Positions 1 through 12,302 of a stretch of 64,000 bases of DNA are shown in pieces; positions within the stretch are counted from its first letter, which is position 1, and every line of letters starts with the position of its first letter. This DNA is from Klebsormidium nitens (lineage: Eukaryota; Plantae; Klebsormidiophyceae): positions 148,401 to 212,400 of the forward strand of contig DF237041.1 of assembly GCA_000708835.1 (NCBI GenBank), read 5' to 3'. The position numbers were made by a program, and so were the translations under genes. Under the pieces are notes generated by a model. That model was not told the origin of the DNA. It saw only the letters and a list, made by a program, of their open reading frames with translations, and made no database searches.

Positions 1-136
1 CTCACAAGCTGGCAAACAGACTTCCAATCGAGAGCCCCTGATATTCCATCAGAAGGAGTACCACTTTGCTGCTCAGAATACATAAATACATCAAACAAAA
101 GCTCGCAACTTGAGAACATGGGTCGGAGCAACTCAC

Positions 137-2131
137 AGGATCGCAGCTGCAGAGAAATCCTTTTGCGAGTACTGAACCCCTGCAGTGTACTTGGTCACTT
201 CGCCCTTGTTGGTGTCATAAGCACCCTCGCCTCCCACCAGAACGCCATCCTTTCCGATGGCAATGGACCCCTCTGCGACTGGTGACTGCTTCAAACCAAT
301 GCTCCCCTTCAGCCCCACAAGGCCGCGCACATACTCGATGTCAAACTGCAAATAGCAGGGGACACGTGTGAAACTAACGTCACAATGGTTGCAAAGATTC
401 AGGAACGCAGACAACTTCGGAACACAGCGTAAGTGACGACTTCCGAATACAACGTAAATCGCACAAATAACTTGCTATGTATGTGAGTTGCTCTCTGGAC
501 TCTTGCATTGCCAAGAGGGCGCACGGCGCAACTTATAGACGCCATCGGCTGGATAAGACCAATGTTTTGCAGAGAAAGACCAGCGTTCTGCAACCACCGC
601 TCGCTTCGTCAACCGCGGTGGCCAAAGACACGGGATGCTTACCTTGCCCGACTGCGAGTCAGGGATGGTACCCTTGATGATGGCTTTTAGCCCTGGCGCC
701 AGGTCATTGACGGTCGTGGTCGTGTGAATCTGCATTTATCAAGACACAATGACTTTTTCAACCACCTGGAAAAGCAGACGAACTCCGACATCCAAACATT
801 GCACAAATGACTCGTGTGTTCCTTGGTGATCGCTGGAACAAACCCTGGTCAATTTCATGCTCTCCGGATCTTAATGCCCAGTCTTTCCAGATTTCAACAC
901 GTTGGAATCAATGCGATTGTGTGCGGCTGTGAACCAGCTTGGATAATCCAATCTCCTTAGAATATTGAGTGGTTTGCTCAACCAAATAATGTAATCTCGA
1001 AAACCTCAAAATGAGCGATGCTAGTGCCGAGATTTAGTACGCATTCAAATGAGTACAAGATCGAACCTCATTGATTGCCGATCTGCAAGAATTGACAAGC
1101 ATTTGGCTCACCTTTGACGCCGAGTCAATCTTCCATTCAGTCTGCAGATTGTTTTTCTTGTAGCAGGCCTTGACCTCTGCCAATGCTGCCTCTCCCTTCT
1201 TTGTGCCAGTGGAAGAGAGAACCTGCAGACAAGCAAAAAACTTATGCTCGGGCACCGATGCATGCAGCCAGAGCTCTCCATTTGCTTTCAGGACAGCAAG
1301 TCCACAGATTTTGACATCCTTCAACTCGCACTTTTGAATTATTATCCAGTCAACGTAAGATGCACAACAAAGCTGCCACGAGGTCCTGAGGTGGACCAGA
1401 ACTAGGATCTGACTATGCACACATGCCTCGTCCTAGTTTTCAATCCTGAGATTTGCAATGCCTGATCAGACAGGTGAAAGCCTAGTGCAAGAAAGGCGAA
1501 ACCCTAGTGCAAGTATCAGAGATACATTGGTAACAGTATACCTTCTAAGGCAAAGCTCTTTGCCTGTCGACACCCTTCTGACTAATGCAACAATTTCTTT
1601 TCGCCACAAGCCATTTGCATGCAGAAATGCACCAGATCAAAGCAGATGACTCGTGCCAAACTCATGCAAAGGGGTTGAATACCATTACCTGGAAAATCCA
1701 GCAGAGCATACAGAAACTACAACTGTAGATAGCTTGCTCAGATATGGACCAAGAGGAGATGCTCAATCACCCATTGCAGAAATGAACTCTAAAATCAGAA
1801 ATTGTTGTTGAGCTGCTCACCAGACCAGTGGAGGTGGTGGAGTTGATGGTGACCTTCTGCTCGGTCGTGAAGTCCTTGGTCAACAAGTCTGCAAAATGTC
1901 CTCTGCGTTGAGTCAGTTTCTTCCTCCCTCCCCTGACAACAAGCAACATCAATTGTCCACCTCCAGCAATGTAAACCCTTGCCTCAGCCCCAAGTGCTGC
2001 ATCCAAATCATTGCAGCAAAGGTTAACCAGCGCAGTTTCGACCGAATAAACCATCAAACCAGCAGTTGCGCAAGAACCTTACCCTTGGTCTGCTTCCCAA
2101 TGTCACCAAAGAAAGCAGGTCCCTTAGCCAT
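137..2131 (-). CDS. VDAC: Mitochondrial outer-membrane porin (VDAC), 3' end runs off the left edge; exons 2131-2083, 1888-1821, 1222-1112, 729-643, 345-137
   Basis: Spliced: MAKGPAFFGDIGKQTK/DLLTKDFTTEQKVTINSTTSTGL/VLSSTGTKKGEAALAEVKACYKKNNLQTEWKIDSASK/IHTTTTVNDLAPGLKAIIKGTIPDSQSGK/FDIEYVRGLVGLKGSIGLKQSPVAEGSIAIGKDGVLVGGEGAYDTNKGEVTKYTAGVQY. Matches the plant VDAC pattern; GT-AG junctions with consistent phases. Confidence 0.95.
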
Positions 2132-2706
2132 GGCTCCCGTTGCTTCTCGTTCACAACTATATCTGCAGACGCTCCAATTCAGCAACCAGTGTTCCAGCAA
2201 CCACCCTTTGCCTGCTGATCCTTCTCTGCGCGACAAGCCTGCCAGTGAATTCTGAATCTTGAAGTTGAGACTGCGCAGCTCAAAGGAGATTCTCGACACG
2301 AGGGTTAGGCGCGGTGCGAAACCCGGGTACGCTACCCTCGTTCGATTCCAGTGCTGACGTGGCAATGAATGTTCGGAGTTGGCTAGCAAGGCAGGTCAAT
2401 CACTCGACCAGTCTGAGTGATATACTTCCGCGTCGAAAGCTAAGATCCGGGTTGAGCCCAAACGGACATGGTTTAGCCTCGGCGTTGCTTGCTCTCCGCG
2501 TCTCTAGATTCCTCCTGACGTTTCCTCCTGAGCCTCCGAGTCCGAGTCAGAGGCGTGACTTCAGAGCAGAGAAACTTGAGAGGAGAAGTTGAAGCAAGGA
2601 AGAGCGCCTTTAAACGGATTGTGCATTCAGACTGAAGTTCTCTGCTACTTTTCATACCGGGGAGACACCATTTCGACATCCTTTTGATCTTGCAAACAGG
2701 AAAGCA
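2132..2706. promoter_or_regulatory. Shared divergent promoter/5'UTR region between VDAC and the CHCH gene; one Site II-like AGCCCA at 2455-2460
   Basis: The two ATGs (2131 minus, 2707 plus) are about 575 bp apart, head to head. AGCCCA is the reverse complement of the TGGGCY Site II element. A single 6-mer is weak evidence. Confidence 0.5.
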
Positions 2707-5700
2707 ATGGCCCGTAGCAGAGGCGGAAGCCGACCAGGTGTGTATTCTTTCTGTTGGTGAAGTGAAGCTTCGACCTTCTCGGTGTGCCAAATCTTCGTTC
2801 TTCGTCACACGAGTCTTCGGAAGCTCTTGTGAAGACATCTTTCTTTCAAATACAAAGAGATATGCTTTTGGTGTTGAAACATGTCAAATCATTGCTCGAT
2901 CACACTGATTCAGTATTTTGAAAGGCCCCGTATGCAGCAAACCTGAAGATATGGTCATTTGTGCATGGGTTTGTTTGTTTTACCTTTGCAGAGGCGCAAA
3001 CTGGCTGCATCTACTTTATGTGGTGCATCGTTTGATGCGTGTGAATAGCTTTGGCTGCAAGGGGCCTGTTTAGCACGATGTGACTAGGCCTCTGGTCACA
3101 TGTTGCTCTGATGCCTGATAAGGACCGCGCTCTCCCTTTCCAAGAGGTTGATCTGGGTTTCTTGATTGAGCATAATATTTCGACCACAAATGACTCATCT
3201 TGATTGTTTTTGCACCACAGCTCTTCAGGGGCCCGCTCGCTCTGCAGCAGAGGACCACACTTGTCCTCGTTGTGAAGATTGATATTTGATTCTAGATGGC
3301 AAATACTTCCTAGACTGTTTAATCCAAATAGACTTACCTAGCTGTTCTTGCACCACAGCTCCCCGGGCGCCAGCTCGTCCTGCAGCAGCCCGCCCGGCAC
3401 CCCCTCCAGCAACGAGTGAGTTGTTTGCTTCCCTTCGCTTACCCCTATGTCTTCAGTGGGTGCAAATCTTGTGACGCCATGGTCGCCAGGGTGCAAATTG
3501 AAAGAGGGCCCTCGATGCTATTGGTCTTTTCTGTGTAAAGTTCGTCTCCGATGTCTGCACTTCATCGCAAGCATTTTCTTGTGCTTCAATAGGACCGAGT
3601 AGAAGAGTAGTCACGCAGATGTTTGACACCTTGTCGCACCCTGCGCCTTTGAAGGGTAGCGCAACGCATGATATGTTTCAGAGCCTCCTTGGGCAATCCA
3701 ATCGTGACTTCCTTTCTTGTGGGAAGCAGGAGGAACTTAGCAGTTGGGGACTAGAAGGTGGCGCTGCTATTTCCATGTCCTAATCCCCCTTCTCTGCTCT
3801 ATATTGGCCTAATTTTTGTCGCGAAGCGACTCAGTTACTGCTTGTTTCGGTGTTGCCCCATTTCCTGCACTAAACAGCGTTGCTTTCTGTGCAGCCCATT
3901 CGGCCCCCGCGCCCGCACACCATCAGCAAAGCAGCGGCGGCGGTTTGATGTCGAGCATTGGCTCCACAATTGCGCAGGGTGAGTTTGAATCTGCCATCCT
4001 GGCTTCTAGTTGTCGGGCTGAAGTAATACCTCTCTCTTTGGCTAAGATGGGAAAGGTTATTCAAGAAACATTCTGTTTGCTGTCTGCCGCAGCGGACGTC
4101 CTGCTCTGACATCTGTGTGAAGAGAAGGCGGTTTTCTGCGAAAACGAAGGACTCAAGGATTTTGTTGTCAAGGTCCAGCTGGGGGAGTGTTTCATGCGAG
4201 CCTGGCATCTGAAGTGCCACTCTGGTTTAGCCTGCCTTTTCATCGGTGTTGTGGTCAGGTTTTTGCTTGCCGTCAGTTTTGATCAGGTTGTGAAAGATGC
4301 TTCAGGTTCTGACTGGCTGGCTTGAGAGTGTCCAGGATCCTTGGAGTTTTCTGCTGTTGTGATTTGGTGTGATTTGGTGTGACTTGGTGTAAAAGGGGAT
4401 GAGGGATCAGCCTATACAAGTTGTCAAATTACCACTCAGAAGAGACGAGCATCTCGTTTCAATCTTGATCGAAGCATCAAGCCCATCCGAGCCAACTGAA
4501 TTGCGCATAACACTTTTCTTGCGATGTTTCGTTCATGTTTGAACGCCCCTCCCATTCGGCCCCAGCTGTTGAGCTTCTTGGGCTCCTTGGTAGTTAGCAG
4601 ACCTTTACTTTGTCCGCTTCCAAATGTTACCTCCAACGATCAGTTGTGGTTCTTTAAATTTTTGCATGGGGTGTACGGCCGTTGGGATTGTCGAATCCGA
4701 CAAAAATGATCAACGACAGGAGAGCCAGAATTCAGTGGTCGAGGTCTGTGTTTGCTGCTTGTTCACGGGATGTTTCGAATCTCCTCTGGTTTTGCATGTT
4801 TGCACCAAGGCCAAGGCCTATTTCCATAACTTTTGCCAGGCCTAAAAATGGAGATTCTATTGCGAGTGAGATTGTTGCTCAACACCTTTTGTTGCATAGG
4901 TTATTGAGGTCATTGGTTGCTGTTGCAGGTATGGCTTTCGGCGGTGGCAGCGCCGTCGCCCATCGGGCAGTCGACGCCGTGATGGGCCCGAGGACCGTGC
5001 ACGCGGCGCCCGAGGCTCCTTCCGCAGCCGCCGAGCCGGCTCAGTATGCTGGCAACAGCGCCGCCCAGTTTTCCAACAGCAGCATGGACAACGCCTGCAG
5101 CAACCAGACGAAGTCGTTCCGCGATGTGAGCTGTCGCTTCCTTTGTTCATTGGATCTTTCTGCAGGTGTTCCCCCCCGCTTTTGCGTCAGCTTGGTTTGT
5201 GACGAGTTGGAACGGGGCAGTTTGCCGCACGTGCCGTCGTTCCCTCAGCCGAAAGTACAGTTGAGAACAAGTGTGCTCATTGGTATCGTTCTGCTACGTA
5301 CAAAATGGTGAAGCCGAAGGCGTTGGGATTTTGCGAGGTTCAGGGACCGCTTGCAGGGATAAACGGAGACCTGCCTGGTTACCGGTTGCTTTTTGTGTTG
5401 GCAAACGTGCTTCAGTTCAAAATCAACGTCCCGCTAAACGCTCGGAGGAGAAGCGGGGTCTAAATCCGATGACGATAAGGTTTCTGGCCTGGGATGCGTT
5501 TTCCAAAGTTCATCTCATTTCTATCTTATCGTTTTCGGAGCTGCCCGAGCGACTATTGCTGGTGGTATTCTCGAATTGGATGATTTGCTCTCAAGATTGC
5601 CTACCTCTCAGCTCCGGCCTGTCACAGCTCGGACTCCCTTTCTTCTGCTTGAAGTAACGCGTTTCTTGGGCACACCCACTGCTGTTGGTCAATGTTTCCC

Positions 5701-6022
5701 AGGTACGGTAGCAGGTAATCAGGACATGAAGTGGCCCAGCTGCGCAGCATGTACGACGCCCCTGAACTGTACCAGGGGTCCTAAACGACCGGGGAAATTT
5801 GGTGTGCTTATGACGGGGAGGCTTTGAATATGGTGATTGGGGAGATTTTGATCATGGTGTTTTGATAAAATCGGAGTGCCTAAATCTATTGCCTTATGAG
5901 GATTATTAAGACGTTTGAAATTGTTTCTGCAGTGCATCGAACATTACGGCGACGACATCTCCAAGTGCCAGTTCTACGCCGACATGCTCAAGGAGTGCAG
6001 AACAAACAGCGGCTGTGAGTAA
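2707..6022 (+). CDS. CHCHD2/CHCHD10/Mix17-like mitochondrial twin-CX9C protein; exons 2707-2737, 3359-3415, 3895-3978, 4929-5125, 5933-6022
   Basis: Spliced: MARSRGGSRPAPRAPARPAAARPAPPPATTHSAPAPAHHQQSSGGGLMSSIGSTIAQGMAFGGGSAVAHRAVDAVMGPR...NACSNQTKSFRDCIEHYGDDISKCQFYADMLKECRTNSGCE*. Has the family-typical AQGMAFGxGSAVAHRAV segment and CX9C-X10-CX9C. A possible extra intron after 6014 is not excluded. Confidence 0.92.
3199..3250 (+). repeat. Degenerate intronic copy of the CHCH exon 2 acceptor plus first 30 exon nt
   Basis: ttgtttttgcaccacag|ctcttcaggggcccgctcgctctgcagcag vs real ctgttcttgcaccacag|ctccccgggcgccagctcgtcctgcagcag; 138 bp offset; 38/47 identical by hand count. Confidence 0.8.
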
Positions 6023-7375
6023 CAGTGTTTGCCCTCGTCCAAGTCTTTTGCAAACGCACGGATGCCTCATAATGCTGTTGTGCTTCTACGCCCTTACAAA
6101 AATTTTGAGGGGTTTGTCTTCGTGCTGTGGGCAGTGCGCAGTACATGCCTTAGTGAAGTAGGCGGATCCGCATGATCGACGTCCTTGTGTTCGCTTGTTG
6201 AAGCTTTCCGATGTTTTGGTTATTTGACAAACGCGTTCCCTTTGTGCAGCGGTTTTGTAGGACGACCGCTCGTCGTGGAGAGCGTTCATTATGTATTCAG
6301 CATTAGACATTACCGGCCCTCTTTGGGGTTAGTCTTGAGAAAAACTCGATTCAAATTGTTTGGTCGCCACACATGAGGCCCGCAAAGAAATGACATTTAG
6401 CCTTTGAGCATAGAAAAATATTCATCAATGGTGGCAGGTTCTCGCACACTAATATCAGTTCCCGCCCATACCTTTCGACACCTGACATGTGAAATCAGTG
6501 CCAATATGCACTGACAGGCTGATGCATGATTTATACGGGATCGGATCTGTAGCTGGGAGCTGTACAGATGCGGCATTGCATGGCGCCAGCCAACCTGCTG
6601 CAGGCAGAGCTTTCGAAGTCGGTTAATTGTCATTTAGTCATGTAACGCCCATCAATCCGACACACTATATAACTTAGCATGATCGCATGTATGCGCGTGC
6701 ACAAATAACGGAATGTGCAATGGATTTCAATGGATCTTCAGCTAGCTATATTTTGAATCGATTCGATCCGGCCCTAGCTCTTATATAATATTAGGAACCC
6801 TAGCTCTTCTTATATTAGGAATATTCCACATGCAACGCGCGTGCCAGTCGGATTCAAGCGCACATGCATGCAGCCACATCCGTATGCATCCGCTTAATTG
6901 GAGTCACTGCGCTTGGCACATGTGTGTCTATATGTGATAACCCGGGTCATGCCAGCCATGGGCCCGCCAAGACTCTCACCAGGGGAGACACGTATGAGGC
7001 TGCTTCGATCTTGCCTGAGTGATGCAGCTTTCAAGTAAGTGGCTCAGCTGGGCCGTGTTGCAGGCTGCCCTGCTCTTGCATGACACTGAGGTTCTTCTAA
7101 TGAACGTATATGTATCGATCTATTATGCTAGAGCAAATGGTACAAACAAGCATGCGGCGAACATGTCATGCAGATGCACCACAAAACAGATCTCTCGTTA
7201 TTAGAATATGCAGACAACCTTGAAGGAAGACCTCCTAGTGATTAATGGTACCGGAACTCTTGCAACGCAACCGAATTCTCTGGTTACACCACCTCTTGCA
7301 TTAATCCTGTCATAGAGCTTGGGCGTAATGAATCTCCGCAAACATTAGCACTACTGTTAGGGCCTACCGTACTTT

Positions 7376-9331
7376 TCAGTCGTTGGCAAGGACAAGGAAA
7401 CCTACTGCCACGTACAGCAAGAACACCGGGTACACGGCGAGGGCTTTCCGTGCGGGCGGCACAGCGGACGAAAGGAACGGGTATGCTGACCAAGAGCTCC
7501 AAGCCAAGGAGACAAGAACCACCACACTCCGGAAGAGCTTGTTGCTCCAGCCTAAGCAGACAAGTGCACCCGCGTCCAGGGGGAAGAGGCAGTAACCGAG
7601 CACACTGAGGCTCTGGAAGAAGATGATCTTGCCACCCTACAAGGAGCACAGCAAGAAAGATATCTAAGCACAAGGGTAGCATACAACATAGCACACATAG
7701 ATCTGTCTTTGTGAAAACGAGGTCTGGAAGGGCGGGATTGACAGGTGGGGGACTGGGAGAAGAACCTCTACCGCAAAGAACTTGCGATCTTTGAAGAACG
7801 CAGATGAGTGTTCGAGCAGTGGGAAGGAAAACATGAAGCTGTGGGGATATGTGACAAAAGCAGGACGTGACAATTCGGTGCAGAATCCAAGTTGGTTGAA
7901 GAGAAAGCAGTGAGATCCAGAACATCTCAGGCGTCATAATTCAGATCCACTGATCTAAGGGGAATCTGCCCTTAGGCAGGATTAGTGCTGAAAGTCCTCT
8001 CTTCAGAAGTGAGATCAATTTCCTCCTATTTGAACAGCATCAAGTAGTAAGCAAAAAGTACAAGCATTTACTTACCAGAAGAATGACGTTGAGAGTCAAG
8101 ACGACTGCTCCTGAGGAGAGGACTGCAAACACGACGGCGAAGACCACGGACTGCAATGGTCGAGCAAGTCGCCAAGTCAATTGACAGCGCTCTGAGAGGA
8201 GCAAGTTCCTCTGGGTTCCTCATCTCTGAAGAAGGATACTGATCAAAGCTGCTCCCAAGTATCCCCTTCACAATCCAATCCCCGAGAGTTCTACTTGACC
8301 TTTGATTCAATTGTTCGTGCTACTCAGGTGAGAACTTTCACTGTCTAGAAAACCAACTTGCTAAAAGCAGAGACTACTGTTCATCATCTTTTACTCTTCC
8401 TGCTTGCACTGACGTTGTTCTTCTCTTAACAGACAAGAAGCCGAATTCCCAAGGCCATGAGGACGTAAACGCAATCTGTCATCAACCACGAGCCAGCTTC
8501 AGAAGGTGCATTCAGAAGAACGTGCTGGGGCTTTTCAGAGAGGCGCCATAAGTTAGATCACCATCTCAATTGAGCTGCTATTAAGTAGGCTGCACAAGCC
8601 CAGCAACTTTTCTAAGGGCAGATAATCAACCGCATTGGATTGAGCAGCTGCAAAGCAAGTTCATCGGTACAACCCTAATGTGAAAAAGTGAGCTTCTGCT
8701 TAAATTTGCCTCCAGCTCGAGCTACTGGAGGTGGTGGTTCGCAATCAACCTGATCCAAGCAGACTCTGCAAATTGTATCTGAAATTATTCTAGACTTCTT
8801 CCCGATCTTCTTCAACAAGCATGCCAGACTACTTACTTTGTTGTGCGAGGCCGAAGACGAAAGCGTCAGGGCCAGAAAGATGATGAAGAAAAGCGGGCCC
8901 CATAGATCCCAGTCGCGCAGAGCCTTCCCTGGCTGCGCCCCCGAGAAGCAGGGAAAGACCACGGTCCACACATTGCTCGCCACCCGCAAAATGTCCCTCC
9001 TCAGGGTGTGCCACACAGGCTCAGTTAGGGTTGAGTGGACGGGGGCACTTCCGAATCCCGACGCAGACGGCGCGGCTGGCGGCACTGATGAGGAGGAAGA
9101 CGCGCCATTTGGATTGGTAGAGACCGGAACCGGGGGTGCGGGCGTGCTGAACAGGCCAGCAGGCACGGGGGGAACCTGAGGAACTTTGGGGGGGCTTTTG
9201 GGGCGAGACGGGGGGAGCTGCTGGATAGGGATGGCTGGCTGGACACTGGCACTAAACAGCTGATCGATCTCGTCAATGTCGTCCCGGGAGTCCAGCAGCG
9301 CCTTGTTGGACGTCATCATGCTCCCATACAT
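7376..9331 (-). CDS. Yip1-domain Golgi/ER membrane protein (YIPF6-like); exons 9331-8837, 8150-8076, 7636-7376
   Basis: [18 protein letters not shown]...[21 protein letters not shown] / [25 protein letters not shown] / [27 protein letters not shown]...[10 protein letters not shown]...[13 protein letters not shown] are canonical Yip1 motifs; all junctions are phase 0 GT-AG. Confidence 0.95.
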
Positions 9332-9502
9332 GCGATGCGGGAGGAACTTAATCTGCCCGATTATCAGGAACCTGCCCCCAGCGAGCCAGCACTCAAAAGG
9401 AGCCTCACAATTTTCTCGCCAAGAATGAGTTGAGCCACAACTTCAGCCGTGAAGTTGAGGGGCGGATCGCAGCGCTGAGCGGACACTTGCCATTGGCCCC
9501 GG

Positions 9503-9520
9503 TGGGCCTTGATTTATAGC
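9503..9520 (-). promoter_or_regulatory. Candidate TATA box (TATAAAT on minus) next to a Site II motif (TGGGCC), upstream of the Yip1 gene
   Basis: Plus strand ggtgggccttgatttatagc, about 180 bp upstream of the ATG at 9331. Confidence 0.35.
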
Positions 9521-9833
9521 TGCCTCCCCTTTGTCAAGGCTGCAGGCACCTGCCTGCTTTTGAATGGGAAAATACCAATTACGGTAGAAAGGCGCACGGC
9601 GGATGGCCGCCAATACAGTGAGCATATATTAAAAAGCTGCACGCTTATGACGGGGTAATTTTGCGCAGCCAACTACAATCTGTAATCGTTTCTGCGTGGC
9701 TTGAGTGGCCGATTTCTGTGCTCGCATGCCCGTTTGTCCGCAATACTCCGTGGACATTTCGAAGCGTATATCTGCGAATATCCGTGCCAGGAATGGTAGG
9801 ATTCTGAATTCAACAATTTCCTGTTCCAACTGA

Positions 9834-10589
9834 TCAGGGTGAAGGTGGGTGAAGGCGGCGACGTACACGGTACAGAAGAACTTCTGAGTTGGTTGGCGCA
9901 CTGCACCTGCATGAGGTGCTGTGGGCATTGTGAGTGGTGTGGCAGGCTGCGAAAGGCTTTTCAGAGTGGCAGATTGCTTGCTTCAGGTTCCTTGTCAAGT
10001 ATCCACAGGTTGGTCCACTACCATTGCAAATCAAAGAGGAGGCTCTGAGGCAATGGTTGGTGGCGTTTGGAGCACCACCTCGAGCAGGTAGGAATCTTGA
10101 TGAGCAGTGCATGTTTGTCGGGAACTTTTACTCCTAATCGGTATCAGATTGTGGTCTGATGCATCGGTTCTGCATGCTGCTGATAAGCTCATTGCAATTG
10201 GGAGGTGGCTGCGACGTCCTCATCAGAAGTTGAAAAGCTACCATATCCAAGTTAAGGTTCTAGTATTGAAGTCGCCTGCTCCTCTTGTACCAGACTTGAG
10301 TGTAAAAATCGCATTTGATGGAAGCCAAAAGCATCAGACTTATTTGAGCACGATAATGCAGGCTTGCTTTGGTGCCTGCAGCTTGCAATCTTTTTGTTGG
10401 ACTTTGTTCAAATGAGGCCATCTCTTTCAAATGAAACCAGGGCTTGTGAAATTTCAGCAGGATACGCTTCTCATTTGAGCTTTTAAGGACTCTTCTTCTG
10501 TGCAACTGCATCTTTAAATTGGCATCTTCCAGTGCAACAAATGTTGTTTTGATGTGAAAGGCACACCTGCGAAGTTGTTTGATGTGCAT
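9834..10589 (-). pseudogene. Decayed intron-less ORF relic, family unknown
   Basis: ORFs 10260-10589 and 9834-10112 share one frame; hand translation across the gap gives 3 internal stops (TAG, TAG, TAA) in about 250 codons. Confidence 0.3.
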
Positions 10590-10917
10590 GATATAAACAT
10601 GTAGGAGAAACAGTTGATGGTGTCAGGCTTAAACAAAAAAAGCGATCCTCAGCGAGCCCTGTTACTGAGGAACCTGATTCTACACTCTCACCTTGCAGAA
10701 ACAGTTTGCAGCCGCTGGCACGCTGCAGTTCGCTGGCAGCTCAGCCATCCCTGAGGATAAGGGCAGTGAAACTTCTAGCATCTGGACTGAAGGTCGAGAA
10801 TAAGTCTCAGATTGAGCACTAGGCAGCGAAGCAGGACACTACAACAGGACACTGCAAGAGATCCGTCTAGCTACATTGGGGGCCGCCTGTGAGTCCCCCA
10901 AGTCCACCTCTAGCTTG

Positions 10918-11322
10918 ATGCTTCCCCAAGGGAAAGTCTCCGCTGCTGGTGCAAAGCGACAGAAGCGGAGCGAGGGGCCGTGCGGTGCGCTGGAGCTCAA
11001 CCCCCCGAGCATGGCAACGGCCTCCGGACCGTCTGCGCAAGCAGCGAGCGCTGCCGGACAGCAGCACCGGTCCGCAGGGAGGTTTCCGCAGGGCACGTTT
11101 TTCTTCCGTGCGCACGTAGCAAGCCCTGAGGAGTCGGAACACGGGAAGCATGCGGAGCAGGGAGTGGCTCTGGTGTTCAGCCCGGGGTTTCCGTCGGAGT
11201 TCGACCTGCTCTTGCCACCGCAGGTGCTGCAAAAAGCTGGCCTCCGGCCAAAGCCACCGCCGGACGAAGCGGGGCCGTCAACCTCAAGCGCAGGGGTGGG
11301 TCCCGCTTTCTCGGAAGCCTAA
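10918..11322 (+). CDS. Hypothetical protein (possibly the last exon of a longer gene)
   Basis: GC-rich open frame MLPQGKVSAAGAKRQKRSEG...GRFPQGTFFFRAHV...GVALVFSPGFPSEFDLLLPPQVL...EA*; composition resembles the real exons; no family recognised. Confidence 0.4.
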   Translation: MLPQGKVSAAGAKRQKRSEGPCGALELNPPSMATASGPSAQAASAAGQQHRSAGRFPQGTFFFRAHVASPEESEHGKHAEQGVALVFSPGFPSEFDLLLPPQVLQKAGLRPKPPPDEAGPSTSSAGVGPAFSEA

Positions 11323-12119
11323 ATGGTCTATGAACACAAGGGAGGCACAAGCGAGCATGTCCTCAGCTGGTCTTCTGCCTCAGGTCACGGAGTTTGTACC
11401 GAGCTTCACTTTATCTTTGTGGCGTTTCTTTCTGTGCCACAACTAGATGCACCCGAGTCTCACACCTTCTTTGGTGAACAGGTTCCTTCACGCTCTGTGT
11501 TGTACTCGCTTCGTCAAACTTTCTCTGATTCAGATTGTTCAACCCCATCCACATCAGGTTCGCTTGCCAATCTCTGGAAATGCCAAGGGCGATTCTTATC
11601 CTTGTTGAAGCCCTTGTTCACAGGGGGATAAGGAAGGTGCTTGATTCTCCCATGGTCTGGTTGCTCTGTCCCGCAGGGATGTGTCCAATACAACTTCATC
11701 TCTGTACTTGGCAAAGAGATTCCGAGTGTTGTGTGGCAGTCACACAGATTCTACTTGCTTTGCCTGAAAGGCTTTTTTCAAACAGACAAAGAATCTTGAA
11801 CAGTCTCCTGTCTTATTGCCTCACCTCTCTCGCAGCCTCTCTTCAGAGCAAGAAGTTTATTTTGCAATGGTGGCCCCTCTTGAACACCATCATACCTCCG
11901 AGTTCCTGGTCCGTCAAATTATGAATCTCCTACCTCCTCCTCATTTTCGACCTCCTTCCGAGTCTAGCCGAGCCTGTGACGCGAGAACGGCAGGCCAGAA
12001 GGGAGTAGAGCCTCCCGTCCTTTATATCTAATTTGCCTCGTCCCTTTTCCTGCCCCTGAGCACTCTGAATTCCGCAGAATCTGATGTTCGATTCCCTTAG
12101 TGAGATTCTCAATTTGCAG

Positions 12120-12302
12120 TTCGTGGAGTACGGGCCGCTAGACTGCTCGGTTCAACTACAGCTAGCAGGGAGCGAAAGCATCGTGACCGGCCGCTTGGAT
12201 GCAGCCGCCCCCCCTTCCTCTGGCCTGCCTGACCCCCCCCCTTCGACAAGCTATGTCCCTCCAGAGTCAATAGTGGCGCGTGTCCGCTCCAGAAGGAAAA
12301 AG
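12120..12302 (+). CDS. Candidate internal exon of an unidentified gene (further fragments near 12830-13020 and 13070-13240)
   Basis: Acceptor aatttgcag| and donor aag|gtgggt bracket FVEYGPLDCSVQLQLAGSESIVTGRLDAAAPPSSGLPDPPPSTSYVPPESIVARVRSRRK; no complete model could be built. Confidence 0.25.

Noticed and set aside
4360-4390. (GATTTGGTGT)x3 tandem in CHCH intron 3
   Set aside because: Short simple tandem with no link to splice sites or other features.
6641-7288. Possible solo LTR: TGTAAC at 6641 and GTTACA at 7283-7288, with an internal ~26-bp tandem ccctagctc...attaggaa
   Set aside because: No target-site duplication (agtca vs ccacc), no PBS/PPT or pol remnants; the 6-bp inverted ends may be chance.
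2336-12092. Isolated B-box-like GTTCGATTCC at about 2339 and about 12085
   Set aside because: No T-stem pairing or A box at a proper distance.
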